Source: Narcine bancroftii
Lineage: Eukaryota
DNA length: 64,000 bases
Reading direction: 5' to 3'
Assembly: GCF_036971445.1 (NCBI RefSeq)
Contig: NC_091473.1
Location: 182,962,001 to 183,026,000 of the forward strand
The position numbers and the translations under genes are program-made. The notes beneath the pieces were generated by a model, which was not told the DNA's origin, searched no databases, and was given only the letters and a program-made list of their open reading frames with translations. The stretch's first letter is position 1; each line of letters starts with the position of its first letter. Of this stretch, positions 35,227 through 47,389 are shown piece by piece.

Positions 35227-38200
35227 TTATTTCCGCACGAGCTGGCGACACTGGTTAAAGGCGGGGAGTGAAGTTTATGTTTGACAAAGGGCGAGAAAAT
35301 CAGGAGACGTTGACTGTGCTGTTCTCCAAGCTCAGGTGAGGCATTCGGTTTTAACCACTCTAAGCCAAGACCATGCTTGATTACTGGACAACACCAGTCG
35401 GAGTGTAATTACATGAAAGGGTTGTTGCTAAATGTCTTTATTCATTGGAGCATAAAAGGTCGAAGGGGAATTTGATAGAAGTGTTTAAAATTGTGAGGGG
35501 GATGGAAAGAGTAGATGTGAATAGTCTCTTCCCCTTGAGGATATGGGAGATTGGAACGGTCACACGTTAAGGGTTAGGGGGCATAAGTTTAGAAGTAACA
35601 TGAGAGGGGGATGCTTCACTCAGAGAGTTGTGGCTGAGTGGAATGACCTTCCGGAAGAGGTGGTTGCAGCAGGGTCAATTTTCTCCTTTAAGAGAAGGTT
35701 GGACTAGAGGAGATCACTTAGATCGGTGTGGACTAGAGGGGCCGAGATGGCCTGTTTCCGAACTGTTATATGGTTGTATGCTTATACGTGCATACTTCGA
35801 GCAACGATGTAAGTTGTCTAATGTCACTTTATTCTATGAAGAGGGTGGGGGAGGAGGGGGGGGACAAGGTCAGGGGAGAGCTTTACGAAAGCTCAGCCTA
35901 GGCGGCTCGGGTTGTTGCTGATCCGCCCCTGTTCCGAAGACATTATAAAGATGACTGCTTGGCCTTACCATGTCAGGTTGCTGTAGAAGGCACGGTCGGA
36001 TAACCTGATGTTCTTGGAGGAATTTAAAAAAAAACGTCAGTGAACGTTTGCTTCAGCTATCCCCTTGATTACTTCTGAGCCACAGCACGGAAAAAAGGCC
36101 CTTCGGCCCTTCTCGACCGTGCCGAATTATTGTCCAGCCTGGTCCCACTAGCCTGCACCAAGTCCACACCCCTCCCATCCAGGTACCTGTCCAAATTCTT
36201 CTTCAACATTAAAATCGAGCCCACATTCACCACTTCAGCTCATTCCATGCTCCCACTGCCAAAGTTCCCCCTAAATTTCTTTCCTTTCACCCTGTAATGC
36301 AAATAAAAAGAGGGTGGGTAGGTGGGACTAGAGGAGATCACTTAGATCGGTGCATACTAGAGGGGCCGAGATGGCCTGTTTCCGAACTGTCATTGTTATA
36401 TGGTTATAATCTCTGCACTTTTTCTAAATTATTGAGATCTGTCCTGTAGTTCGGTGACTGAAACTGCACACAATGCTCCAAATCTGGCCTCACCAAGGTC
36501 ACCCTTAACCCACATTCTCTGGTTTGTATCTCACTTCCACTCAATGGGAAAAGGCAACCTACATTTACTCTGTCTGTCCCCCTCATCATTTTAAATATCA
36601 AATCTACCCTCACTCATCTATGGTCTGGGGAACAACTACAGCACAGAAAACAGGCCCTTCGGCCTACTCAGTTCATCCTGAATCATAACTTGGGCGGATC
36701 AGTTCTGGTCGCCTCATTTCAGGAAGGACGTGGAAGCCACGGAGAGGAAATGTACCAGTTTGTGGAGAATGTGTCTCATGAGGCAAGGCTGACAGAGCTG
36801 AGCGACAAAGGGTGGACAGGGGACCTAATAGAGGTGTATAAGCATGGATAGAGTGGACAGCTGCAAATACCAGAGGGCATCTCTAAAAGGTGAGGGGAGG
36901 AAATTTTCAGGGGAGGTGTTATTTTTGGGTACAGAGAGTGTCTGGAGTGCATTGCTGGGCGTGGTGGTGGAGGCTGGTTCAACAGGGGACCCTTTCACAC
37001 TTGCCAGCAGTCCCAAGAATCAAACGGCAAGCAAAATCTGCTCAACGCCAGCGTCAGATGGCACCGCCTCACGCCGGGGACTGACGGCCTCAACCCCTAG
37101 GTTAATCCCTGGCTGGCGTTGAGATCAGGGAATTTGGAAATGGGCAATCACTTCTCTCTTTTGTGTGCCGCACCATGTGGGCACTTCCAGTTAAAGGTGG
37201 AGCAGACCAGATGCCGGGGACAGATCCTTGCAAGTGTGAAAGCGTTCAGCGCCCTGGTTAGGAGTGGTCTAGCGTGAAAGGCCAAACCTCCCCCCTCCAT
37301 TCCTGTCCTGGGACGCTGGACAGGCTGACTTAAGTGGGACACAAGTGTGAAAGGGAGTAAGGCAGGCCCATGGATGCAAGAAATATTGAGGATGTGAGGG
37401 TGGGAAGGGTTCGATTGTGGCGGAGTTGCTTGGCTAGGCCCGTTAGAGCACCAGTGACAGGGTTCGAATCCACCACTGCGTGTAAGGAGTTTGTACGCCC
37501 ACCCCGTGTACATGCACGGTTCCCTGCGGGGCACCCATACATCAAAAATGTACAGGGGTCATAGGTTATTTGGGAGCAGCTTGGCAGCACAGGCTCGTGA
37601 GCTGGAAGGGCCTTTTACCAAGCTGTACAATTTTAAACATCTTTTTTACAGATAGTACACTGAGAAGAGGCAACATGAACAGAGCTCAGTCCTCTTTGGA
37701 GCGAAGAAAGATGAGGGGCAGCTTAGTAGAGGTCTATCCGATTCTGAGAGGCATAGATAGGGTGGACAGACAGCGCCTGTTTCCCCGGGGAAACACCAAA
37801 GGACGTCTGGACAAGGTGAGGGGAGGAAAGTTTAGTGGTAAGTGTTTTTACACAGAGCGTGGCGGGGGCGCCGGGGGGTGGAGGCTGGTACAATAGGGGC
37901 ATTTAGAAAACTCTTCAGTGATGCAAGAAAAATAAAGGGTTGCTGGTGTGAGGGAGGGAAGGGGGAGACCGTGGAGTAGGCTTGAATGGGTGGGTGCATC
38001 ACCGTGGGCCAAAGGGGCTCCACTGTACTGGAATGTTCTGAGATCTCTGCATGAATATTTTTTTAAAAATCTGTTGGCAGTCTTACCATGTATGTGCGCT
38101 CTCGGTTCAAAGGAGACATCTGTAAAGAAAGTCCATAATTCAGTAAATGGTGTCAGAAACATTGATCAAGGATCAGAATTTATTCTCATCAGCATGTCAC

Positions 38201-41200
38201 AAAATTTGTTGATTTATGGAAGTGTTAAGGGTACAAATCTTGCCATGAATTACATGGAAAAATAAAAAAATTTGTGCATTCATTGAAGAAAGTGAGGCCG
38301 GTTCTGGCGTTCATTGTCCGCTTGGGAATCATATGGTGCAGGGGAAGAAGCTACTTTTTGTTACGTTAGGTGTTTGGGCTTCAGGTCCCTGTATCTCCTT
38401 CCCGATTGTGGACGTCAGGCGAACACAGGTGATGAGGGGGGGGTGGCTGTGGAGAGGATCACGAGCTACCAGTCACTGGGTGTCAACGTCTCTGAGGGTC
38501 TGACCTGGGGCCGCTGGATCGATGAAATCACGGGGAAGACCTGCCAGCGGCTAGACTTCGCGAGGAGTTTGAGGAGATTTGGTACGTTGGGAAAGTCGCT
38601 TGCAAGCTTCTATAGGTGCACCGTGGAGACCATTCAGACTGGTTGCATCACTGTCTGGTACAGAGGTGCCAATACACAGGGCAGGAAAAGATGCCAGAGA
38701 GTTGTAAACTCGACCTGCGCCATCACAGGCACCAGTCTTTATTTCATTAACAGGCGGAGGACCGCCATCATCAAGGCTGTGCCCTCTTCTCCCTGCTACC
38801 ATCTGGAAGGAGGTACAGGAGCCTGAAGACGAGCCCACAGCGGCACAAGGACAGGTCCTTCAAGTCGTTTACTGTCATCTGATTGTACAAGTACAACCTG
38901 ATGAAACAGAGTTCTCCGGTCCTTGGTGCAAAACGCGCAGACATAGCACACAATACATATGCAGGACAAGTATTTAATCTATATAAATACATTTTGTGAA
39001 TATGAATGTCTCGGAAGGTCAGTGTGAGCCGTTCCTTTGATCGTTCAGCATCTCGCTGCCTGTGGGAAGAAGCTGTTCCTCAACCTGCTGGTGCTGGCCC
39101 TGATCCTTATGTATCTCTTCCCCCGATGGGAGCAGCTGAAAGATGCTGCGTGCAGGGTGGAAGGGACGTGCAATGGTTTTGCGCGCCCTCTCCAGACAAC
39201 AATCCCAGTAGATCACGTCGATGGGAGAGGGAGGGAGACTTCAGTGATCCTCTCTGCCGCTCTTATGGTCCAGTGGAATGACCTCCGATCCATTTCTCTG
39301 CAGCAACCGTCCCCGCACTGTGATGCAGACGGCCAGGACGCTCTCGATAGAGCTCCTGTAGGAAGTTGACATGATGATGGTCCCCTTCTGCCATCAGACA
39401 ATGGACCACATGCATTTTCTCTTTTTTTGCACTAATTTATTTGGTTTTTTACAAGTAATTTATAGCAATATCTGCACTGTAATTCTGCCACAAAGCAATT
39501 AATTTTATAACGTTCAGGGCAATAAATTCTGATCCTATTTTTGATTCGTTCACTAAAATAAAATGTCGAAATGTGGATTTGCACACTGCCGACCCCTAAC
39601 TCCACCGCCAAGTCCTGCTCCAACAGGGTCAATGCGTTTGCAGACGACCCAACTGTCGTGGGCCTCGTCACCAACAACAGTGGGTCGCCCGACAGAGAAG
39701 AGGTGGAAAATCTCGTATCAGGGCGCAGGAGTACCAACAAGACGAGGGAGATGATCGTGGGCATCAGGGGGACCAGGAATGACCGCCCTCCGCTACACAT
39801 CAGCAACTCTGCGGTGGAGAGAGGGGAGACACCAAGTTCATTGGAGTTCACTGAACTAGTGACTGATCGTGGATGCTCGACATCTCCTCGTTTGTCAGGA
39901 AGGTGCAACAGCATTTGCACTTCCTACGAAGACTGAGTCAGGCCAGGCTACTGGCCACCATTATATCAACCTTGTACAGGGGTTCTATCAAGAGCGTCCT
40001 GGCTGGCTACATCACAGTGAGGGGACGGTTGCTGCAGAGAAATGGATCAGAGGTCAATCCACACATCTGTAAGAACAGCAGAGAGGATCACTGGAGTCTC
40101 CCTCCCACCCCCATCGACATGATCTACCAGGATCGCTGTCTGAAGAGGGCGCAAAAATTGTTAAGGGCCCTTTCCACCCCGCACACGGCATCTTTTAGCT
40201 GCTCCCGTCGGGGGAAGAGATCCAGGAGGATCAGAGTGAGCACCATCAGGCTGAGGAACAGCTTCTTCCTACAGGCAGTGAGAACGCTGAACAACCAAAG
40301 GAACCACTCGCACCGACTCTCATAATCACGAAACAATATTTATTTATTTAATTTTAAGGATGAAACACTTGTCCTGCATGGAAAAGAATCTCAGGGTTGT
40401 ATATGATGTCATGACAATAACATTTGAAATTTAACATTTTAATGCCATTACAGTGTTGGTGGCCCTGGTTCGAATCCAGCTCTGTCTGCAAGGAATTTGT
40501 ACGCTCTCCACATGACCTGCGTGGGTTTACCCCGGGTGGGGGGAGGGGAGGAGAGGAAAGGCTCCTGTTTCCTCCCACCCTCCAAAAACGTCACTTAATT
40601 TGGGCGGCATGGGTTGAAATGGCCGGAATTGGCTTATACCGGCGCCTGACATACGCTCGTGATGCGGCCAGGTGGGGGAGGGTGGAGAGTGGCAAGCGTG
40701 TATCAACCTAGACGCTAGTGACGTGGGACGGGTTGGAGGGGTTTGCGGGTCTGAAGGCCAGCGATGGCCGTGACCGCATGGAGGGGCACAGCACCTCGTT
40801 TGTGGGTGGGGCAATGCCCACAGACCCTGGCACTGACCCTGTAAAATTTGATGTCAGATGTTCGAACATCTTAAGTTCCCTATTTAATAATTTCAGTCGA
40901 ACAACAAGATTGGAGTTGGATTTCACCTACCTGAGTCTCGGAAGAACGAGCTGTAGTGAAAAGAGACAAAATAGGTCCGATATAATTAATCATTTCATCA
41001 ATTACAATTCCAAATTTATTTTGCCATTAATAATATAAAATGTTCTCCATTATCTGAACCTGCTGATTAGATTAGAAGTCAAAGATTTATGCTTATCCTA
41101 CCAATGCAAGAATAAATACAGTAAAGCCCCTCGAAGAAGCTGGATAAGTGCATTTCCAGATGCTTGAGACTTACTAATCAAAACACAAAATGGTGGAGAA

Positions 41201-44200
41201 ACTCAACAGGTTGAACAGTGTTGTTTTATGTAGCAAAGGTAAAGATACATCACCGACATTTCGGGCTTGAGCCCTTCATCAGTGTGCGAGATAACGTCCA
41301 AACAAAGGAGTAGCAAAGGAAGGAGATGATAGGTAGAGAAAGGAGGGAGGGGACAACAGTGATGGGGGGGGGATGCTGGGGGTGGGTGGGTGGAAGGACA
41401 GGATGGGGACGGGGGGACGAAGAGATGAGCAGGCTTAATGGGAGGCTTTGATGCTCTTACCATGTGGCTGGACATCTAATCAGGTTTCGTTTCTCCAATC
41501 TGAGGGTGGTCAGGGTGGAACAGTGCATGGGGCCCCAGACAGACATGAGAGCACTGGGGTGAGACCCAGAATTGCAATAGGCGGCCACTGGTAGGTCGCT
41601 GGGGTTGCGGACGGAGCGGAGGTGCTGAGCGAAGCAATCTCCCCGTCTGTGGCCAGTCCCTCCAATGCAGGGAAGGCCACAAAGGGAGCAGCGGACCCAG
41701 TAGGTCTGCCCTCTGGATGTGCAGGTGAAGGGCGGTTTCACGTGGAAGGCCGGTTTGGGGCCCCGGCCCATAGTGAGGGGAGGAGGCGTGGGCACAAATG
41801 TTGCACCTCCTGCGGGCACCGGGGAAGGGGGAGTGCGATGGATGGGGAGGGATGAGTGCTCGAGGGAATCATGGAAAGAGGGGGGCGTGGCAAGATGGCG
41901 TAAAGATCAGACGTGCCTTCCAGTCCTCTCCTAACTCTATCTTATTGTTTTGTCTAGAAATGCCCGTTAAAATTCTTTAAAAGTTTAGATAATTTCAGTG
42001 CTGTTAATTTAACTTATGATGGTACAATTGGTGGAAAAGAGCAAAAAAAAATGACAACAGATCATCAAAAAACTACATTTTCCAAAAGTTCAAGTTTTGG
42101 AGCCTACCTACAGGAAAGACACCGGGACTCAGCGTGAAATGGATCCCAGGAGAAAGGTACAGTGTTCGGATGTAGAGCTCTATGTTACATCGGTAGAGCC
42201 CCCTAAAGAGGGCGCCAAACAGCCTTTAGGACAAAGAGTTACTCAAAGGCATTTGTCAACTGTAGAGCTGGCGCTGCAAACTGCATCTCTTGAGATAAAA
42301 GAACCTATACAACTTGATGTACTGGGAGAACTTAATACATTATGGACTGGGGAAAACCCCGGCCAGCGTCCTCCAGTTATTGCTGGAGAGGCTGTGGCTG
42401 GGGTTTCCACACGCAGTCATACTACAAGGAAGGCAACCAGAATGAAGGAAGGAACAGAAGATCCTTTGGTTATGCAGAAGAAGCAGGAATCTGTTGAGCC
42501 AAAATCTCTTCCAATTGAAAAGATTTTTGTGAATCTTGAATCTAAATTATCTTATACAATGCAGGGATTATCCAAGATTATGACTGAACTTGGTACTAGG
42601 TTTAATACTCTGGTGAAAATACATTCTCAACAGATGGCTAAGTTTGGAGCTTTTAAGCTTGAAGTGAGAGATAAATTTAATTCGTGTGAAGAAGATATAG
42701 ACGAAATACGGGATCAAGTTTTTGATGTGACCAAAATGGTCGAAGACTTACAAACTCAAAATAAAAATTTGGTGAAAAAGATTGATTATTTGAAAAACCA
42801 ATCCAGACGGAACAATATAAAGATTATTGGTTTGCCAGAAGGTATGGAGGGACCAGACCCAAGAAAATTTTTTACTGAATGGATTCCGCAGGTGCTGGGT
42901 CAAGAACATTTCTTGGAAGGTATAATACTGGGACGTGCTCACAGAGCCTTGCGTAGAAGACCTATTTCAGGTCAAAGTCCAAGACCTGTTTTGGTTCATT
43001 GCTTGAATTATTACGACAGAGAAATAATTTTACGAATGGCTATTAGAAATGCACAACAGAGAAAATCACCCTTGATGATTCAAAATAATCGAGTTTTCTT
43101 CTATGCGGATTTGAGTCAAGAAGTTATGTTCCAACGACGGGAATTTAATCCTGCTAAAGAGTTGTTGTGGAAGAAAGGTTACAAGGCAACCTTTAGATAT
43201 CCAGCTGTTTTGAAGGTTTTTCAAGATGGTTGCCAACCAAAGTTCTTTGATTCTCCAAAGGAAGCTATAGCATTTGCTCGAGAGCTGCCAATTACTCAGT
43301 TTCAACAGAGACATAGTCCGCCGCGATCTCTAAGGAGACAAGAGATGGAAGAAAAGAGCCGTGCTCCAAGAAGGAATGGTTGTAATGGTGACTCGGCAGT
43401 TGGAGCTGATTAAAAGAAGAGTTGTCCTTTTTTTTCTAATGTTTTTTTTTAAAAAAAAAGGGATATTAAATAATGATGATGTTAGTTTAAGATGAAGTGA
43501 GAGTTGGGGGAGAGAACTGGATAGGCACTATTTCCTGAAAGTCATCTGCTACGTGTGAGTTATCTCACACCCATTTTCTTTTGGGAGTTACCGCATTGCG
43601 CAGTTTAGACGGGAGGGGGTATTTTTAACCTCCTACCCGTTTTTTTTTTTCCTTTTTTTTGTATTATTAGATTAAAGAGTGAAGGGGTTTTTTTTTTGGT
43701 TTAAATATTTTAAAAAAGCATAAGAAAGTATTTGATTGTTTAAAAAACTAAATATTGATGTGGTTTTTTTTGTAAAGTTTATTCAGTAGATAAGGAATAT
43801 CTGAAATTTAAATGTGAATGGGATGGATAAGTTTTTTTAATATTTTTTCTTTAACTTTAAGGTGAAAGGAGTGGTAATTCTGGTGTATATTATTTTGCTA
43901 TTTTAGTTATAGAATGAAGGCAATAATGGTGAAAGTTATAAATTGAATTGTACAATTCTTAATGAGGCTTGAATTTTGTTTGTGGTTTATGCTCCATTTG
44001 TTGAAGATATAGATTTCATTGTAGATGTGTTTTTATTATTTGGATATCTGAATTTTAACATAATGATTGGGGATATTTAAATGTGGTATTGGAGCTTTTA
44101 TTGGATAACTATTCAAGAGTAAAAGGGAAAAATGGTGGAAGAGTACTAAAATTTAATTGTATAATGCTTAATGAGGTTTGAATTTTGTTTTAAGATGGTG

Positions 44201-44885
44201 GTTTAGGTGACTAATATGATGATAGATGTGAAATTAGTTGATATTTGGTGAAGGTTTATCTCTATAGAGAATTTTTTTTTCATCTTTTTTTTCATGCTAC
44301 AATTTTTTTTTTAAGAATTGATTATTGTTTAAGAATTTTTAATAGATAATGTTACTAACTTTACTAATTTTTTATATTAAGTTTGAGTTAAATATATGTT
44401 TCATCTTAACTCTGTTTGTTAAATATATGCATTTAAGTTTGATTTAAATATGTTTTTTAAGTCTGATATCTTAGTATTAATTACTTTTCTTTTTGTTAGT
44501 ATTTTAATCGGTTATGTTTTTGTTTTTTTTTGTAAGTGGGTTTTTTTCTCACATATATTATTAACTTTATTAATTCTTCACTCTTTATTTTGGGGGGAAA
44601 GGGGGGGGTTGGATTAATTTGAGTTGGGTTATTAATGTGTAATAATTATTGGGGAGGGTATAGTTTATTTAGATTACTGATACTGTATTGTAATTTTATT
44701 ATTTTATTCTTAATTTTTTTTAAATGTAATCCTATATGTTATTCATGTTATAAAATCTTAAATAAAGTTTTAAAAAAAAAGGAATCATGGAAAGAGCTAC
44801 ACTTGAATTAAGAATAAACAGTTTAAAAGACAAAAATACTAGACTGTACTTACACCGAACAAACTCATTGCATGAATATATAAAC
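35227..44885 (-). CDS. Candidate cytoplasmic mini-exons of the IgV receptor: 44885-44854, 40950-40931, 38119-38087, 36004-35969, 35250-35217 (stop 35229-35227); terminal exon from 35107
   Basis: Each lies in a non-repeat island with an AG acceptor and a GT donor (gtaagt, gtaggt, gtaaga, gtaagg, gtaaac). Joined after the TM exon they stay open: GKFIYSCNEFVRSRSSETQMSPLNRERTYMVIRPCLLQQPDMCRQLVRK*. Exon usage and frame are uncertain. Confidence 0.45.
36990..37355. mobile_element. PIF/Harbinger-like MITE inserted in a CR1 3' end
   Basis: Perfect 14-bp TIR CCCTTTCACACTTG (36990-37003) / CAAGTGTGAAAGGG (37342-37355). CR1 sequence resumes on both sides. Confidence 0.7.
38165..40430. mobile_element. 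Rex-Babar fragments in alternating orientation
   Basis: VERITSYQSLGV..SFYRCTVET..TGCITVWY; AFADDPTVVGLV; RLRNSFFLQAVR. Confidence 0.78.
41180..41880 (-). mobile_element. Penelope-like GIY-YIG remnant (target of the half-L1 insertion)
   Basis: ORF 41457..41819 (-): YWVRCSLCGLPCIGGTGHRRGDCFAQHLRSV..LPVAAY. Confidence 0.75.
41881..44780 (+). mobile_element. Complete ORF1-only non-autonomous L1 derivative (HAL1-like 'half-L1'), 2.9 kb
   Basis: Perfect 16-bp TSD GGAATCATGGAAAGAG at 41865-41880 and 44781-44796. 5' end GGGGGCGTGGCAAGATGGCG, ORF1, only a decayed endonuclease remnant, AATAAA at 44761 and an A-tail. Confidence 0.9.
42016..43413 (+). pseudogene. L1-type ORF1p of the half-L1, with one premature TGA at 42052
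   Basis: In-frame ATG 42016 (MMVQLVEKSKKK*QQII..), then open through QSRRNNIKIIGLPEG, RAHR, PRPVLV, FFYADLS and YPAVLKV. Confidence 0.85.
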
Positions 44886-45449
44886 CTTAAAGCATTTTAC
44901 GTTATTTTCAGTCACATTCTTTGAAAACGTTTAACTGTCACTGCATCTGCAGGTTCCTTCCCCTCCACAGAGCCTCCCGAAAGACCAACAATAATGTTAC
45001 CCCCCACCTCCACCCCAAGGTTGCAGATAAAGCCTCTGACCGGGGCAACTCTTACTAAGCGGGGATAAGGAGCCACTTGATGAGAGACTCCCCCACGGGG
45101 AGCGGCATCTACCCACTCTTTGTCCTGGGTGACACCATTGCCGTTTCACCCAAACACTGGCTATGAGCAAAGCCCTGACCAAGGCCCTCCCTCCGCTGGC
45201 CGGATATTTGCTTCACCAAAGGGTTACATGTTACTTTGTTTTTTTTTTCAATCAACATGAAGTCATAAAACAAACAAAATCACAGGCCTATACAAGGAAA
45301 TGCCAAAACCGAGCTTCAGGTTGATCTACAAAGAAGGAAGAATCAACACGTTATTGCAATGATCAAATTCTGCGTTCGTGTTTATCAAGACAAGATCACA
45401 CACCATGCCCATCCTTCAAAGGAAAGTCCCCGTCCCCCCCAAAGGAAAA

Positions 45450-46025
45450 AGATGATGTTGAGACTGTTCAAGGCATTGGTGAGGCCACGTTTGGAATATT
45501 GTGTGCAGTTCTGGTCCCCAAATTATAGGAAGGATATCAATAAGGTAGAGAGGGTACAGAGGAGATTTACTAAAATGTTGCCTGGATTGCAGTACGGAGA
45601 AAGATTGAGTAGGTCATTACTCATTGGAGCATAGAAAGTTGAGGGGGGATTTGATAGAGGTGTTTAAAATTATGAGGGGAATAGACAGAGTAGATGTGAA
45701 TAGGCTCTCCTCCTTGAGGGTAGGGGAGATTGGAACGAGGGGTCATATGTTAAAGGTTAGGGGGCAAAACTTTAGAAGTAACATAAGAGGAAGCTTCTTC
45801 ACCCAGAGAGTGGTGGCTGAGTGGAATGACATTCCAAAAAAGTGGTCACAGCAGGGTCAATTTTGTAATTTAAGAGAAGGTGGGATGAGTGCATGGATGT
45901 GAGTGGATTGGAAGGTTATGGACAGGGAGCAGGTAGGTGGGACTAGAGAAGTTCACTTAATATGGTGCGGACTAGAGGGGCCGAGATGGCCTGTTTCCAT
46001 ACTGTAATTGTAATTATGGTTATAT
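45450..46025 (+). mobile_element. CR1 3' end (more CR1 at 46585-47215, 47485-48320, 48580-49060 +; 51490-52110 -)
   Basis: LVRPRLEYCVQFWSPNYRKD; LRGDLIEVFKIMRG..FFTQRVV. Confidence 0.85.
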
Positions 46026-47280
46026 GATTTTCCAAAAGCATTAATTACAGACAGATGAAATATGAAGTGATTCATCCAGACCTTCCTTCCTCCCTTAAGG
46101 GATCAATGTCTTGACATAGACATCATTAGAGATACTGGAGATAGTGATGTTGAAGGGGGGGGGGATTTCCCCCGCAGCGTATCTTAAAACGGGTTCTATA
46201 TTCTTAAAGTCCACTCCATTGAAGACATCTGCGAGAGGCGGTGTCTCAAGAAAGCAGCCTCTATCCTCAAGGACCCCCACCACACCTTCCCCTACCCCTC
46301 AGGCCATGCCCTCTTCACTCTGCTCCCATTGGGAAGGAGGTCCAGGAGCCTGAAGACGAGCCCCCAGTGACACGATGACAGCTTCTCCCCCACTGCCCTC
46401 CAATTCCTGAACGGACAACGAACCCCGGACACGGCCTCACTTTCTCCAATTTTTGCACTATTTATTTTTAAAATGCAATTTATAGTAATTTTGCGCCTGC
46501 AATATTCTGCTGCAAGACAATTAATTCTAATTCTGCCTTCTTCACAAGAAATCAGATAATAAATGTCAGCTTTTAAATCTTTTCTGGTCGCCGCACAGGC
46601 TGATGGGGTAGTTCAGAAGGCTTATTGTACGCTGGCGTTCACTAATCGACGGATTGAGCTCAGGGGCCGTGAGGTGAGGTTGCAGCTCTATAAAACCCTG
46701 GTGAGACCGCATTTTGAGTATTGAGTTCAGTTCTGGTCACCTCATTACAGGAAGGATGTGGAGACGATGGAGAGGGGTCAGAGGAGATTCACCAGGATAT
46801 CGTCTGGATAGAGAAATAAGTCTGGTGAAGCAAGTTTAGCAGTGCTGGGACTTTGGAGCGAAGGTGACTAAATAGAGGTCCACAAGATTCTGAGAGGCAT
46901 AGGTAAGGTGAACAGACAGCATCGATTTTCAAGGGCGGAGTTGCAAACACCAGGGGACATCTGTACAAAATGAAGGGAAGGAAGTTTAGGGGAGAAATTG
47001 GGGGTGTTTCTTTTTTAACAGAGAATTGTGGGGGCCTGGAATGGCTTGCCAGGGAAGGCTGGAAGATTTTAGGCATTTAATAGACTCTGAGACAGGCACA
47101 CGAATGGAAGAAAAATAGAGGGTTATGGGGTATGGAGGATTTAGGATGTTTTTGGTAGTTCAGTACAACATTGTGGGCCGAATGACCTGTACTGTGCTGT
47201 AGCGTTCTATTTTCTCTGTACTTCAGAGCATTTTAGGCGCGGTTTCCTTGGCATCAATCACCCGCACTTTGCCCACATAC

Positions 47281-47389
47281 TTGCCTTGAATTGCCGCTTT
47301 CCTCTTGACAACGGCAATTACGATCACGATGGCAGCCAGCAACACTCCACCACAGACACCTGCAGCGATGTAATACTTTTGGAAATCCT
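47281..47389 (-). CDS. Single-IgV membrane receptor, transmembrane exon
   Basis: Acceptor ctcttctgcag| (phase 1), EDFQKYYIAAGVCGGVLLAAIVIVIAVVKRK. The donor is either AA|gtatgt (after 47281) or the GC donor AAG|gcaagt (after 47285). Confidence 0.82.

Noticed and set aside
35935-36015. Possible C/D-box snoRNA (..GATGA..CTGA with a short terminal stem)
   Set aside because: The C box is imperfect, and the segment is better explained as a minus-strand mini-exon with its splice sites.
37390-37440. GGATGTGAGGG...TGGCTAGGC resembling the 5' end of 7SK RNA
   Set aside because: The intervening sequence does not match 7SK. It is explained by a CR1 3'UTR joined to a tRNA-derived SINE head.
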